Part shown: positions 36,141 through 36,327 of the stretch, piece by piece
How positions within the stretch are numbered: the stretch's first letter is position 1
How the letters are laid out: each line of letters begins with the position of its first letter
Assembly: GCF_001194135.2 (NCBI RefSeq)
Contig: NC_068981.1
Location: 140,309,459-140,345,785 of the forward strand
Reading direction: 5' to 3'
Length of the DNA: 36,327 bases
From: Octopus bimaculoides
Taxonomy: Eukaryota
Program-made: the position numbers and the translations under genes
Notes under the pieces: model-generated
Told to the model about the DNA's origin: nothing
The model's database searches: none
What the model saw: only the letters and a program-made list of their open reading frames with translations

Positions 36141-36327
36141 GTGGCGTGCGTTTGTTTGTTTTGGGGATATGTTGCTTTGGGGAATGAATTATTTTTCTGT
36201 CAAAAGTTCCAATGAATTCAATAGCTGATTTTTCTATTCAGGATACGATCAGATGCGTTTGTGCGTACGTGCGTGTATTGTGATAAAAGCCCAAATAAGT
36301 AAAAAAAATAAATTTAAGGATGTTTTT

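Overview
AT-rich, microsatellite-dense eukaryotic (animal) genomic DNA from a draft assembly, with 10 N-gaps totalling about 5 kb (about 14%). The repeat content (tRNA-type SINEs, RTE, Tx1-like L1, Penelope-like elements, mariner derivatives) and the (TA)n/(CA)n/(TATC)n density suggest a coleoid cephalopod such as Octopus; this is an inference from pattern recognition, not a database result. Almost all ORFs in the supplied track are artefacts of microsatellites or N-runs. No rRNA, tRNA gene, CRISPR array or intact long ORF was found. Recognisable content: a ~3.1 kb decayed RTE LINE (minus, 17761-20870) carrying an internal 225-bp ectopic copy of its own RT segment; a ~1.5 kb Tx1/L1-like 3' fragment; two Penelope-like fragments (a GIY-YIG part, and an RT part followed by a degenerate minimal hammerhead ribozyme); a fold-back mariner derivative made of two 5' ends; a small mariner MITE; several SINE copies; and a 17-bp minisatellite. 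Three small, phase-compatible candidate exons on the minus strand (23768-23791, 22989-23035, 5358-5493) suggest the window is mostly intron of one host gene, with a tentative and unverified resemblance to the TRPM N-terminus. I see no convincing evidence of a wholly new biological system. The most interesting items are the hidden micro-exon gene model and the rearranged or ribozyme-bearing transposon relics.
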